DNA of 64,000 nucleotides, from assembly GCA_964479835.1 (NCBI GenBank), contig CAYZRE010000001.1, positions 31,630 to 95,629 on the forward strand, read 5' to 3'. A program made the position numbers and the translations under genes. Below the pieces are notes generated by a model. That model saw nothing but the letters and a program-made list of their open reading frames with translations. It was not told the origin of the DNA and did no database searches. Source of the DNA: an uncultured Candidatus Saccharibacteria bacterium. Its GTDB lineage: Bacteria; Patescibacteriota; Minisyncoccia; 2-02-FULL-40-12; GWA2-44-9. Shown one piece after another: positions 48,685 to 57,696 of the stretch. Numbering within the stretch: position 1 is the first letter of the stretch; every line of letters begins with the position of its first letter.

Positions 48685-49317
48685 ATGCAGATGCTCACCA
48701 TAGACCTCACCGCGGATTATATGCCCGCCACAGACCGGCTTGTCGCTGTGTTGCGCCGTGGTGGTACGGCGGTCTTCCCGACGGACACACTCTACGGGTT
48801 AGGATGTAACGCGTTGGACGGGACTGCGGTCGGCAGAGTATTTGATATTAAACACCGCAGTTATGTGAAAGCACTGCCGATGCTGGTTCGTGATCTATCA
48901 TGGGCTCGGGAGCTTGCCTACATCACTCCCGAACAGGAGAAAGTCATCGAGCGCTTCTGGCCGGGTAAAGTAACTTTTGTACTCCCACGTCGCTCACTGG
49001 TCCCGGCCGTCATGTGCGGGGGAGGGCAGACCGTCGGTATCCGCGCGCCCGACTACCCGTTCCTCCAGACGCTGTTGCGCCACTTGGGCTATCCGCTCAC
49101 GGGGACTTCAGCAAATGTGTCAGGTTCGGAACCGACCAGCGACGCCGTGCACATTGCCGCCGCATTTGCGGCTACGGCTCCTCAACCGGATGTGATTATT
49201 GATGCCGGGCCGTTGCCCGATTCACTCCCATCGACTGTTGTGGACCTTTCCGGTCGCATGCCGCGAATTCTACGCCAAGGCGCAGTGCGTGCTGACAAGA
49301 TATTGGCGCTCTTGTAG
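48685..49317 (+). CDS. tsaC: threonylcarbamoyl-AMP synthase (TsaC/YrdC domain only)
   Basis: PTDTLYGL, K.R, WPG..T, TSAN.SG, PSTVVD and LRQG motifs. Confidence 0.95.
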   Translation: MQMLTIDLTADYMPATDRLVAVLRRGGTAVFPTDTLYGLGCNALDGTAVGRVFDIKHRSYVKALPMLVRDLSWARELAYITPEQEKVIERFWPGKVTFVLPRRSLVPAVMCGGGQTVGIRAPDYPFLQTLLRHLGYPLTGTSANVSGSEPTSDAVHIAAAFAATAPQPDVIIDAGPLPDSLPSTVVDLSGRMPRILRQGAVRADKILALL

Positions 49318-49320
49318 GCC

Positions 49321-49485
49321 TAGAGCATATTTCAGAACCCTCTTTCGTAGCGAGATCACAGAATGGTGAGCGAAAGACGAAGAAATTTCCGAGGCATAGC
49401 CGGAGCTACGCCGAGGAAAGTTCTGAAGTCTTGCAGCCAGCATTCTGGGATTGCAGCAGAATACGGGGTTCTGAAATATGCTCTA
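49321..49485. mobile_element. 165-bp MITE / palindromic element
   Basis: Perfect 20-bp terminal inverted repeats TAGAGCATATTTCAGAACCC; the interior folds as one long hairpin. Confidence 0.85.
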
Positions 49486-49719
49486 ACACTTGGCGATGTG
49501 CACATGCATCTCCTGACCGCAGTGTTGGCAACGCTTTTCGGTCAGTGCGCACGAGAGGCAGAGATGAAAATCCTGGCTTGTCGTGTGCACTGAACAGTGC
49601 GTACAGGTGCCGTTGCGGCTGTCGACCCACGAACCGTCGCATTCACGACAGAGCAGATAGGATTCGGGCAACGGTTCCGACCGCTGACGCTCCTGCTTTT
49701 GTTTGTGTAATTGTTTCAT
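49483..49719 (-). CDS. four-CxxC zinc-finger protein, CRIPT-like spacing
   Basis: CREC...CTHC-x10-CLSCA-x5-CQHCG; start uncertain (49719 or upstream). Confidence 0.7.
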   Translation of the reverse strand: MKQLHKQKQERQRSEPLPESYLLCRECDGSWVDSRNGTCTHCSVHTTSQDFHLCLSCALTEKRCQHCGQEMHVHIAKC

Positions 49720-49847
49720 CCCTCCGCGCACGCAGCGCGATACGCGCATGATAGCATGTTGATTTTCCTTGCAATGGGGGCAGGTGTGCATAAATACAAA
49801 ACAAATAGGCGCCGACGGGATGTCGGCGCCACTGCAACTGCGGGTAC

Positions 49848-50024
49848 CTAGGATTCGACTTCGACGACGGGCGGGCGTAACTTTCGCTTGGTCAGGCGCC
49901 GTGTGAGACGGCGATGACCGCGCTTGAGCTCGCGTGTCTGCCGAGCAACCACGCTCGGGTGCACTTCGCCGATGGCGAGGTGCAGTTCACGCCGCCGCGT
50001 CTTCGTCAGGGCTTTCAACGCCAC
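49848..50024 (-). CDS. small Arg/Lys-rich protein (58 aa)
   Basis: GGAGGA SD, GTG overlapping the upstream TAG, hairpin at 49808-49829 downstream. Confidence 0.6.
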   Translation of the reverse strand: MALKALTKTRRRELHLAIGEVHPSVVARQTRELKRGHRRLTRRLTKRKLRPPVVEVES

Positions 50025-50245
50025 TAGTTTTCCTCCGATGAATCGACGCATCCGCTGCAGAAGTACCCTCCGAGCGTTTGGACGGCCCGTTCGGGACTCA
50101 CCTGGTGGCCACACTCGGCGCATACCAGACGGTCGTGTGACGGCTGACAGTTCAGCTGAATCTGCGCTTCGGTCAGCTGGACGAATACCGGGTGGGTGGT
50201 CTCGATGCGTCTGAGGCTGGAATCACTACTGACGGCTAAGGTCAT
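50024..50245 (-). CDS. small zinc-ribbon protein (73 aa)
   Basis: CAEC...FCSGC, AAGGAG SD, TTGCTT-17-TATAAT promoter upstream. Confidence 0.7.
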   Translation of the reverse strand: MTLAVSSDSSLRRIETTHPVFVQLTEAQIQLNCQPSHDRLVCAECGHQVSPERAVQTLGGYFCSGCVDSSEEN

Positions 50246-50345
50246 TGCGTCTCCTTTATGGATGCTCCTGGCACTTCTCCGACTGGTGAACTACGCTATC
50301 TTTAATTATATCACGGATAACTGTAATAAGCAAGCTTCTCTTTTG

Positions 50346-50427
50346 TGCCCGGGGTGGGAGTTGAACCCACAAGCCTTGCGGCACACGATTTTGAGTCGTG
50401 CGTGTATGCCAATTCCACCACCCGGGC
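50346..50427 (-). tRNA. tRNA-Leu(CAA)
   Basis: GCCCGGG/CCCGGGC-A acceptor, loop CT-CAA-AA, variable arm. Confidence 0.95.
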
Positions 50428-50526
50428 AATCGGACCGTATCATACCGCAAAAACAGCATCTTTTCAAGGCGCGGCGGGCACTTATCCGATTGCTTTTCTG
50501 TCGGTGGCCCGTACAATGAAAAGGTC

Positions 50527-51288
50527 ATGGCGCGCATTATTGCTGTCTGTAATCAGAAAGGCGGAGTGGGGAAGACCACTACATCGGTCAATCTTGGTGC
50601 GTATCTTGCCGCGCAGGGCAAATATGTTTTGCTCGTCGATTTAGATTCGCAGGCCAACGCTACCTTGGGGCTGGGCGTTCAGGTCCAGCCGACTGCGCAG
50701 AATGTGTACCATTCACTCGTCAGTGACGCCAATCCGTTGTCCATGGTGCGCAAAACATCCATCTTCGGCTACGATATTCTACCGGCCGCGCAATCGTTGG
50801 CGGGTGCGACCGTGGAGCTCGTAAGTATGGAAGAGCGCGAGTATCGCCTTCGCAAAGCACTCAATCATCTGCGCAACAACTACGATTATGTGCTTATCGA
50901 TTGTCCGCCGTCACTGGGACTTCTGACCATCAACGCGCTCGCGGCTGCCGACCATGTACTGATTCCGGTGCAGTGCGAATATTATGCACTCGAAGGGTTG
51001 GGCCAACTGATGCGTACCATCGACTTGGTGCGTGGTGGAATCAATCCCGACTTGAGCGTGTTAGGCGTCGTACTCACGATGCATGACAAACGCAACCAAC
51101 TTTCTCAGCAGGTAGTCAGTGAAGTGACACACAATTTTCCGGGCCGCGTGTTCCAATCCGTGGTACCCCGGGGTATCTCGGTGGCCGAAGCGCCCAGTTT
51201 CGGAAAAACAATTCTGGAGCATGACCCGTCCGGAAATGCCGCCATGGCGTACCGGCACTTGGCAGAAGAGATAATTCGTTTACACTAG
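50527..51288 (+). CDS. parA: ParA/Soj family ATPase
   Basis: NQKGGVGKTT, DLDSQAN, DCPPSLG and EAPSFG motifs. Confidence 0.97.
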   Translation: MARIIAVCNQKGGVGKTTTSVNLGAYLAAQGKYVLLVDLDSQANATLGLGVQVQPTAQNVYHSLVSDANPLSMVRKTSIFGYDILPAAQSLAGATVELVSMEEREYRLRKALNHLRNNYDYVLIDCPPSLGLLTINALAAADHVLIPVQCEYYALEGLGQLMRTIDLVRGGINPDLSVLGVVLTMHDKRNQLSQQVVSEVTHNFPGRVFQSVVPRGISVAEAPSFGKTILEHDPSGNAAMAYRHLAEEIIRLH

Positions 51289-51292
51289 GGCC

Positions 51293-52207
51293 ATGCCGAA
51301 AAAACTCTTTGGACTGGGAAAAGGACTTGGTTCGTTGATTCCCGATTCTGTCGCGGATGCGGTCAACAACCGCCGTGAGAGTATCTTTTTCGTTGAAGTT
51401 GCAAAAATACAACCGAACCCCGATCAGCCCCGCACTGATTTCGACCAGACAGCACTTGCCGAATTGTCGCGGAGCATCCGGAAGTTCGGCGTGCTCCAGC
51501 CGTTGTTGGTTTCAAAAGTAGAGGAAGACCTTCCGCGGGGGAGAGTGGTCACCTACCAACTCATCGCCGGCGAGCGCCGGTGGCGTGCGGCACAACTTGC
51601 GGGGTTGCCGACCGTGCCGGTGATTATCCGCGATGACCTCACGCCTGCCAGCTCCGGCACGAAATCAAATCGGCTCGAAGTCGCGCTCATCGAGAATCTC
51701 CAGCGTGAAGACCTTAACCCCATTGAGCAGGCCGAAGCGTATGTGCGGCTCGCCGGTGAATTCGGTCTCAGGCAACAGGAAATTGCCGACAAAGTTGGCA
51801 AGTCACGCGAGGCGGTCGCCAATGTCATGCGCCTGGTGAACTTACCCAAGTACATCAAGGACGCAACCCGTGAGGGACGCATCACCGGTACCGCAGCTCG
51901 CTCACTCCTGTCGTTCCAGGAAGCAGCCGCGCAGAAACACGCATATGAACAAATCACTACCGGCGGATTCTCTACCAAAGACCTCGAATATGCTGCATCA
52001 TCGGCAAAAGTTGCCGTCGGTCGGCGCAGGTTGCGACACAATGAGAAGTTCGATGACCTGATGCGCAATCTTGCCGAGCACTTGGGAGCCCCCGTCATCA
52101 TCCGTGCGCAGAACTCTTCAGCACGAGCCGGCCAAATCGTTATCCGCTTTGCCGACGAGGAGCACCTCAATACCGTCGTAAAAAAAATTATCGACAAGCC
52201 TGTCTAA
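51293..52207 (+). CDS. parB: ParB/Spo0J partition protein
   Basis: [23 protein letters not shown] and HTH motifs. Confidence 0.96.
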   Translation: MPKKLFGLGKGLGSLIPDSVADAVNNRRESIFFVEVAKIQPNPDQPRTDFDQTALAELSRSIRKFGVLQPLLVSKVEEDLPRGRVVTYQLIAGERRWRAAQLAGLPTVPVIIRDDLTPASSGTKSNRLEVALIENLQREDLNPIEQAEAYVRLAGEFGLRQQEIADKVGKSREAVANVMRLVNLPKYIKDATREGRITGTAARSLLSFQEAAAQKHAYEQITTGGFSTKDLEYAASSAKVAVGRRRLRHNEKFDDLMRNLAEHLGAPVIIRAQNSSARAGQIVIRFADEEHLNTVVKKIIDKPV

Positions 52208-53934
52208 CTCTGCCAGTCGGCCGAGAGAAGCCGCTGTGAATCAGCGGTTTTTATGTTGGCGCAATCGGCGACATGTACCGTGACGCCACGCGTGAGCGTG
52301 AGGTAGCCGATGACAGCGGAACTGGTGGTGGGCTCGCAACACTTGCCCAGGCGATACGCCAGCCCTCGTTGGCCGTCGATGAGAATTGGCGCCAAGACGG
52401 TCTTCAGTTGTGCGTTTCCTTTTGTTGGCCGTGGCTTTTTCAGTTTGCGTTTTTGCGAGGAGGACACCTCGTCGATTGGTTCCGAATCTTGACGCCGTGT
52501 GTACCAGCTGCGAATATGTTTTGCCGCCTGGTTGGTTTTGACGAATCGCAGCCAGTCTTTGCTGGGCTTGGCTTCTTTCCCCTTGATGATTTCCACGACA
52601 TCCCCGGACTGTAGTGCGGAGTTCAGTGGTACGATACGACCGTTCGCCAGTGCGCCGGTCGTGTGGTGACCGAGCTCCGAGTGAATAGCATAGGCAAAGT
52701 CCAGCGGCGTGGCGCCTTCAGGGAGGTCTCTGATGTCGCCATGAGGAGTGAGCACGAAGATGCGATTCTTGAAGAATTCTATTTTCAGGTCGGCCATACC
52801 CTGCGAAGTTTTGATATCGCGCAATACATTCTTGAGTTGGTTAACCCACGCAAGCTCCTGTTGTTTTGCTGATACCGCACGCGGTTTTCCCGCTTCAGTA
52901 TATGCCCAGTGTGATGCGATACCGTTCTCGGCATGGTCGTGCATCTCCGGAGTGCGGATTTGGATTTCGGCGATGCGGCCCCGTTCGCAAAACACGGTGG
53001 TGTGCAGTGAACGGTAGCCGTTGGGCTTGGGCAGGGCGATAAAATCCTTCACGCGTCCGGGCATTGGCTTGTAGTGTGCGTGGATGACGCCCATCGCTGC
53101 GTAGCAATCTTTTATTTCGGGCACGATGATGCGCATCGCGACGAGGTCGAGCACTTTATCGGGCTCCATGTTGTAGCGGTGCAGTTTTTCATACAGTGAC
53201 CACATCCGTTTTGCGCGTGCGTGGATATCGATGACAGGGATGCCAGCGTCAATCAGGAGACGCTTTACGACCGGGGCGGTTCGTTCGATGTAGTGCAGTC
53301 GGCTTTCGTACTTACCTTTGATGGTCTTTTTCAGCCACGCATATTCGGTGGGGTAGGCGAATGGGAAAGCCAAGTCATCAAGCTCGCCATTGAGACGACC
53401 CATACCGAGTCGTCCTGCGATAGGCGCGTATATTTCCATGGTCTCGCGGGCGATGCGTTCGCGGTCGGCAGCAGGCAAGTAGCGCAGTGTACGCATGTTG
53501 TGCAGGCGGTCGGCCAGCTTGATAATGATGACGCGCAGATCTTCGGCCATGGCGAAAAACATCTTCTTCAGCGATTCGGTCTGCAGGTCGGCGGACTTCT
53601 TGTCTTTGCGGGTCCCGCGTAGTGTGATGGCGGACAATTTCGTGACGCCGTCCACTAAAAATGCGACTTCTGTGCCGAATCGGCGTTCAAGCTCTTCTTT
53701 CGTGACCGGCGTATCTTCCAGGATATCGTGGAGTAAAGCTGCAGCTACTGTTGACGCATCAAATCCCAAGTCCGCAAGGAATGCGGCCACCTGAAGGGGA
53801 TGAGTGAAATAGGGTTCGCCGGAAGCCCGCAGCTGACCCTCGTGGCCGTGTTGGGCAAACTCAAACGCCTGCTCGATGAGCGTTTGGTCGGAAAGGCCAA
53901 AGCGGCCGATGATGTCGGACAATGCAGGTTCCAT
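52204..53934 (-). CDS. rel: RelA/SpoT homolog (HD + synthetase + TGS + ZFD, no ACT domain)
   Basis: R.SGEPY..H, LHDILED, KLADRLHN, PKPNGYRSLHT, EIQIRT and DFAYAIH motifs. Confidence 0.95.
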   Translation of the reverse strand: MEPALSDIIGRFGLSDQTLIEQAFEFAQHGHEGQLRASGEPYFTHPLQVAAFLADLGFDASTVAAALLHDILEDTPVTKEELERRFGTEVAFLVDGVTKLSAITLRGTRKDKKSADLQTESLKKMFFAMAEDLRVIIIKLADRLHNMRTLRYLPAADRERIARETMEIYAPIAGRLGMGRLNGELDDLAFPFAYPTEYAWLKKTIKGKYESRLHYIERTAPVVKRLLIDAGIPVIDIHARAKRMWSLYEKLHRYNMEPDKVLDLVAMRIIVPEIKDCYAAMGVIHAHYKPMPGRVKDFIALPKPNGYRSLHTTVFCERGRIAEIQIRTPEMHDHAENGIASHWAYTEAGKPRAVSAKQQELAWVNQLKNVLRDIKTSQGMADLKIEFFKNRIFVLTPHGDIRDLPEGATPLDFAYAIHSELGHHTTGALANGRIVPLNSALQSGDVVEIIKGKEAKPSKDWLRFVKTNQAAKHIRSWYTRRQDSEPIDEVSSSQKRKLKKPRPTKGNAQLKTVLAPILIDGQRGLAYRLGKCCEPTTSSAVIGYLTLTRGVTVHVADCANIKTADSQRLLSADWQS

Positions 53935-53945
53935 TTGACGCAAGT

Positions 53946-55988
53946 CTATAACTCTTTTGTGGCGGTATCAACCTTCGACTCCTCGGGTGCCGCCGCATCT
54001 TTGGCAATCTTTTCGGTGTGTTTGCATTTCGGGAAATTCACGCAGGCGATAAACTTGCCGAAGCGACCGGCGCGGTAGATGAGCTCACCTCCGTCTTTGG
54101 GGCAGACACGGCCGACTTTTTCAACCGGCGCGGTTGATTTTGGTTCTTTGAGTATGTTTTTGCAGGTGGGGAAGTTCGAGCAGGCGATAAATTTTCCGAA
54201 ACGACCGCGCTTGACCACCATCGGACTGCCGCACTTGTCACAGGTTTTATCGGTGGTTTCTACCTCGGAATCTTTGGAGACCTGCGCTTGCTCCATCTTT
54301 TCCTTGATGCCCAACGCCAGCGGCGCATAGAACGCGCGGATGGTAGGTACCCACTGGCGTGTGCCGGCGGCGATGTCGTCGAGCTGGTCTTCCATACCGG
54401 AGGTGAACTTCGGGTCTACGATGCGCGGGAATTGTTCCACCAGGTAGTCGTTCACATCCAAGCCGATTTGCGTGGGGTGAAAATAGCGGGAGCGGTCTTT
54501 TTCCACATACTTACGCAAAATGATGGTCGATATGATGGCCGCGTAGGTGCTGGGACGGCCGATACCTTCTTTTTCCAGTGTCTTGATGAGCGATGCTTCG
54601 TTATATCGGGGGGGTGGCTTGGTGAAGTGTTGTTCGGGTTTGAGCTCCTGCAGGGCAAGCGTTTCACCGGAGCGCACCAGCGGTAGATCGTTGTCTTCGA
54701 ACTTGGACGGCAGGACCTTGAGCCATCCGTCGAACTTGAGCACCGAACCGTTCGCGCGGAAGCCGTAGCTGACAGTTGGTAGCTTGTAGCTGGTAGCTCC
54801 GATGTCGATGGCGGTCGCATCAAACACCGCATCGGCCATCTGGGATGCCAAGAACCGCCGCCAGATAAGGTCGTAAACTTTCAGTTGCTGCGGAGACAGT
54901 GAGGCGGCCATGACTTCCGGCGTACGCTCGGGATCGGTGGGACGCACCGCTTCGTGCGCTTCCTGCGCGCTCTTGGATTTCGTCTTGAACTTACGGCGTT
55001 TGTAATAATTCGCTCCGTATTGAGATTCGATGAACGCTTTGGACTGCCCGAGCGACTGTTCGGACACACTGACAGAATCGGTGCGCATGTAGGTAATGTA
55101 GCCTGCTTCGTACAGACCTTGCGCGAACATCATCGTCTGCTTGCTGGAGTAGTGGAGGCGTTTGTTTGATTCCTGTTGGAGCGTGGAGGTCGTAAACGGC
55201 GCGTGCGGCATACGCGATGTTTCGGTGCGCTCAACCGCGGCGACCGTAAAGGGAGAGCCATCCAACGCCGCAAGTATCTTTTTCGATGTGATTTCGTCGG
55301 GGATGTCGAACTTGTCCAGGGGTTTGCCGTCGCGTGCCGTCAGTTGAGCGATGATGGGCAGGTCTTTGTGTTCGTCGGATAGCAGTGTCGCAGTGATGGT
55401 CCAGTATTCCGCCGGCTTGAACGCTTCGATTTCGCGTTCGCGGTCGACAATCAACCGTGTGGCGACAGATTGTACGCGCCCCGCCGAAAGGCCGCGGTAG
55501 TAACGCTTCCAGAGCACCGGCGAGAGCTTATAGCCGACCAGACGGTCCAGCACGCGGCGTGCCTGCTGGGCATCTACCAGATGACGGTCGATATCCCGCG
55601 GATTCGCGATGGCGTGCTCAATGGCCTGTTTGGTGATTTCATGAAAGACGATGCGCTGGATTTTGAGGTCTTTGTTTTTTTTCTTGAGCTTTGCCAGACC
55701 GAGCGCTTCATAGAGATGCCATGCAATCGCTTCTCCTTCGCGGTCTTCGTCTGTTGCCAGCACGATGGTGTCCGCTTTGGCCACTTCTTTTTTTAGCAGG
55801 GTGAGATTCTTCTTTGCCTTGGTCGGCACGATATAGGTTGGTGCGAACTCGTGTTCAGTGTCGATGCCTAGTTCTGATTTTGGCAAATCGCGCACATGTC
55901 CGTAACTTGAAAGCACGACAAAATCATCTCCCAGATACTGGGAGATAGTCTTTGCTTTCGTGGGGGATTCGACGATAACGAGTTTCAT
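53946..55988 (-). CDS. topA: DNA topoisomerase I
   Basis: LVIVESPTK, DEDREGE, SAGRVQ, ITYMRTD motifs and C-terminal zinc ribbons. Confidence 0.98.
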   Translation of the reverse strand: MKLVIVESPTKAKTISQYLGDDFVVLSSYGHVRDLPKSELGIDTEHEFAPTYIVPTKAKKNLTLLKKEVAKADTIVLATDEDREGEAIAWHLYEALGLAKLKKKNKDLKIQRIVFHEITKQAIEHAIANPRDIDRHLVDAQQARRVLDRLVGYKLSPVLWKRYYRGLSAGRVQSVATRLIVDREREIEAFKPAEYWTITATLLSDEHKDLPIIAQLTARDGKPLDKFDIPDEITSKKILAALDGSPFTVAAVERTETSRMPHAPFTTSTLQQESNKRLHYSSKQTMMFAQGLYEAGYITYMRTDSVSVSEQSLGQSKAFIESQYGANYYKRRKFKTKSKSAQEAHEAVRPTDPERTPEVMAASLSPQQLKVYDLIWRRFLASQMADAVFDATAIDIGATSYKLPTVSYGFRANGSVLKFDGWLKVLPSKFEDNDLPLVRSGETLALQELKPEQHFTKPPPRYNEASLIKTLEKEGIGRPSTYAAIISTIILRKYVEKDRSRYFHPTQIGLDVNDYLVEQFPRIVDPKFTSGMEDQLDDIAAGTRQWVPTIRAFYAPLALGIKEKMEQAQVSKDSEVETTDKTCDKCGSPMVVKRGRFGKFIACSNFPTCKNILKEPKSTAPVEKVGRVCPKDGGELIYRAGRFGKFIACVNFPKCKHTEKIAKDAAAPEESKVDTATKEL

Positions 55989-55990
55989 AA

Positions 55991-56872
55991 TTATTGAGGA
56001 GTGATTGCGTAGATGCCTGCGCCCTGATGACGGACTGCGTTGTACAACTCGAGCATCGCCACTGCCGCCATCGTGCGCGGCGTATCGTATCCGGTCTGCG
56101 AGGCGAGCGTGTCCAGATGCGTCGGACCATTTTGTCGCAGTAGTGTCAGTATACACTCTTGTACCGGGTCCGATGTGGACAGAGCCTGTTCAGGCAGGGG
56201 GATCTGACGCATTTTGTACGACTCCAGAATATCCGCCGCGCACAGCACGGGCCGCGCTCCTTGCTGGATAAGCCAATTGGAACCCACCGAACGCGGCCAA
56301 TAGATGCTGCCCGGTACGGCGAACACATCTCGGTTCTGATCAAGTGCGGATTTTGCAGTGATAAGCGAACCGGATTTCATATCAGCTTCAATGACGACGA
56401 CACCGCGAGACAGTCCGGAAATAATGCGGTTGCGCATCGGGAATGTCCACTGCTGGCCGTATACTCCTTCTTCGTATTCTGAAATCAAAAGGCCGTTGGC
56501 GGCGAGGATGTCATGCGCAAGCCGCACATTATCGACAGGAAAGATACTGGCGTCATCAAGGCCTGTTCCGAAGACTGCAATGGTGTTTCCTTTGGCATCC
56601 AGTGCGGCGCGGTGTGCAGCTGAATCAATGCCGGTCGCCAGGCCGCTCACAATCGTCACGCCGTTTTGTGCCAACTGGCCGGCAATATCGCCACAAGCTT
56701 GCCGGCCATAGTCGCTGGCCTTGCGGGTGCCCACAACACCCACGCAAAAGGAATCCATGAGTGCGATATTGCCGCGACAGTACAGTTGAGCGGGCGGATC
56801 AGAGATGCGCTTCAGTAATTCAGGATAGCGAGTGTCGCTTAAGCGAAGGGTGATGATTCCGGAGTTTTCCAT
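55991..56872 (-). CDS. dprA: DNA processing protein DprA
   Basis: VVGTR, VSGLA.GID, FP.RNRIISG and SGSLITA motifs. Confidence 0.97.
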   Translation of the reverse strand: MENSGIITLRLSDTRYPELLKRISDPPAQLYCRGNIALMDSFCVGVVGTRKASDYGRQACGDIAGQLAQNGVTIVSGLATGIDSAAHRAALDAKGNTIAVFGTGLDDASIFPVDNVRLAHDILAANGLLISEYEEGVYGQQWTFPMRNRIISGLSRGVVVIEADMKSGSLITAKSALDQNRDVFAVPGSIYWPRSVGSNWLIQQGARPVLCAADILESYKMRQIPLPEQALSTSDPVQECILTLLRQNGPTHLDTLASQTGYDTPRTMAAVAMLELYNAVRHQGAGIYAITPQ

Positions 56873-56962
56873 GCAGGTTGCATATAATATGGAAGGGAAG
56901 TGTATTTGTCAACGCCGGGGGCAGTTTCCATTACCGAAAGCTTCGTATACTATGGAGAGGTC

Positions 56963-57685
56963 ATGTATCTTTCTGTTGTCATTCCCGCCTATAATGAAGC
57001 GAAGCGCATCGGCTCGACATTGGAGGCAGTGTGTTCGTGGCTGGCAAAGCAGGATTTTGCTTCGGAGGTTATTGTAGTCAATAATCATTCTACAGATACA
57101 ACAACCGATGCCGTCAGAGAAATGATGAACCGGTATCGTTCTATCCGGCTTATTGATGAGAAGCGTCCGGGCAAGGGATACGCAGTGACAACGGGCATGT
57201 TGTTTGGCACGGGCGAGGTGCGGTTGTTCATGGATGCCGACAACAGTACCACTATCGAACATTTCGATGCCATGCGGCCGCTCTTAGAACAGGGGATAGC
57301 GGTAGTCATCGGCTCACTGGCAGTGCGCGGTTCTACCGTCGTTCGCGGGGGATCCGAACCGCTCTGGCGTCAGTTGTTGGGCAAGGCAGGCAATCTCTGG
57401 ATTCAGATGTGGGCGGTGCCGGGCATCTGGGATACCCAACGCGGGTTCAAGGCGTTTGCCGCGCGCGCGGCACAGGAAATATTTTCACGGCTCACGATTT
57501 TCGGTTGGGGATTTGATGTCGATGTGCTCGCATGCGCCCGTGCCCGCGGCTTCCGTATCCGTGAAATTCCTATCACCTGGAACAATCCTCCCGAGACCCG
57601 CGTGGACTTCTGGACGTATCCGAAAGTACTCATGGAGACGGTACTGGTCGGGTTCAAACGCATCCGTGGCGGATATAAGAAATAA
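56963..57685 (+). CDS. GT2 glycosyltransferase (polyprenyl-phosphate glucosyltransferase-like)
   Basis: SVVIPAYNE, GKG.AV, DAD and DTQ.GFK motifs. Confidence 0.92.
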   Translation: MYLSVVIPAYNEAKRIGSTLEAVCSWLAKQDFASEVIVVNNHSTDTTTDAVREMMNRYRSIRLIDEKRPGKGYAVTTGMLFGTGEVRLFMDADNSTTIEHFDAMRPLLEQGIAVVIGSLAVRGSTVVRGGSEPLWRQLLGKAGNLWIQMWAVPGIWDTQRGFKAFAARAAQEIFSRLTIFGWGFDVDVLACARARGFRIREIPITWNNPPETRVDFWTYPKVLMETVLVGFKRIRGGYKK

Positions 57686-57696
57686 AAAATAAACCG

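Noticed and set aside
49406-49642. 78-aa minus-strand ORF and 76-aa plus-strand ORF (49363..49593) crossing the MITE
   Set aside because: They overlap the zinc-finger gene and the palindromic element; likely incidental open frames.
50527-52207. parS site or replication origin near parAB
   Set aside because: No TGTTTCACGTGAAACA-like palindrome and no cluster of DnaA boxes seen by eye.
55989-56156. N-terminal extension of TopA, and similar extensions of MiaA, ParA, PheRS and the DHH protein
   Set aside because: These overlap neighbouring genes or tRNAs; conserved motifs begin at the downstream ATGs.
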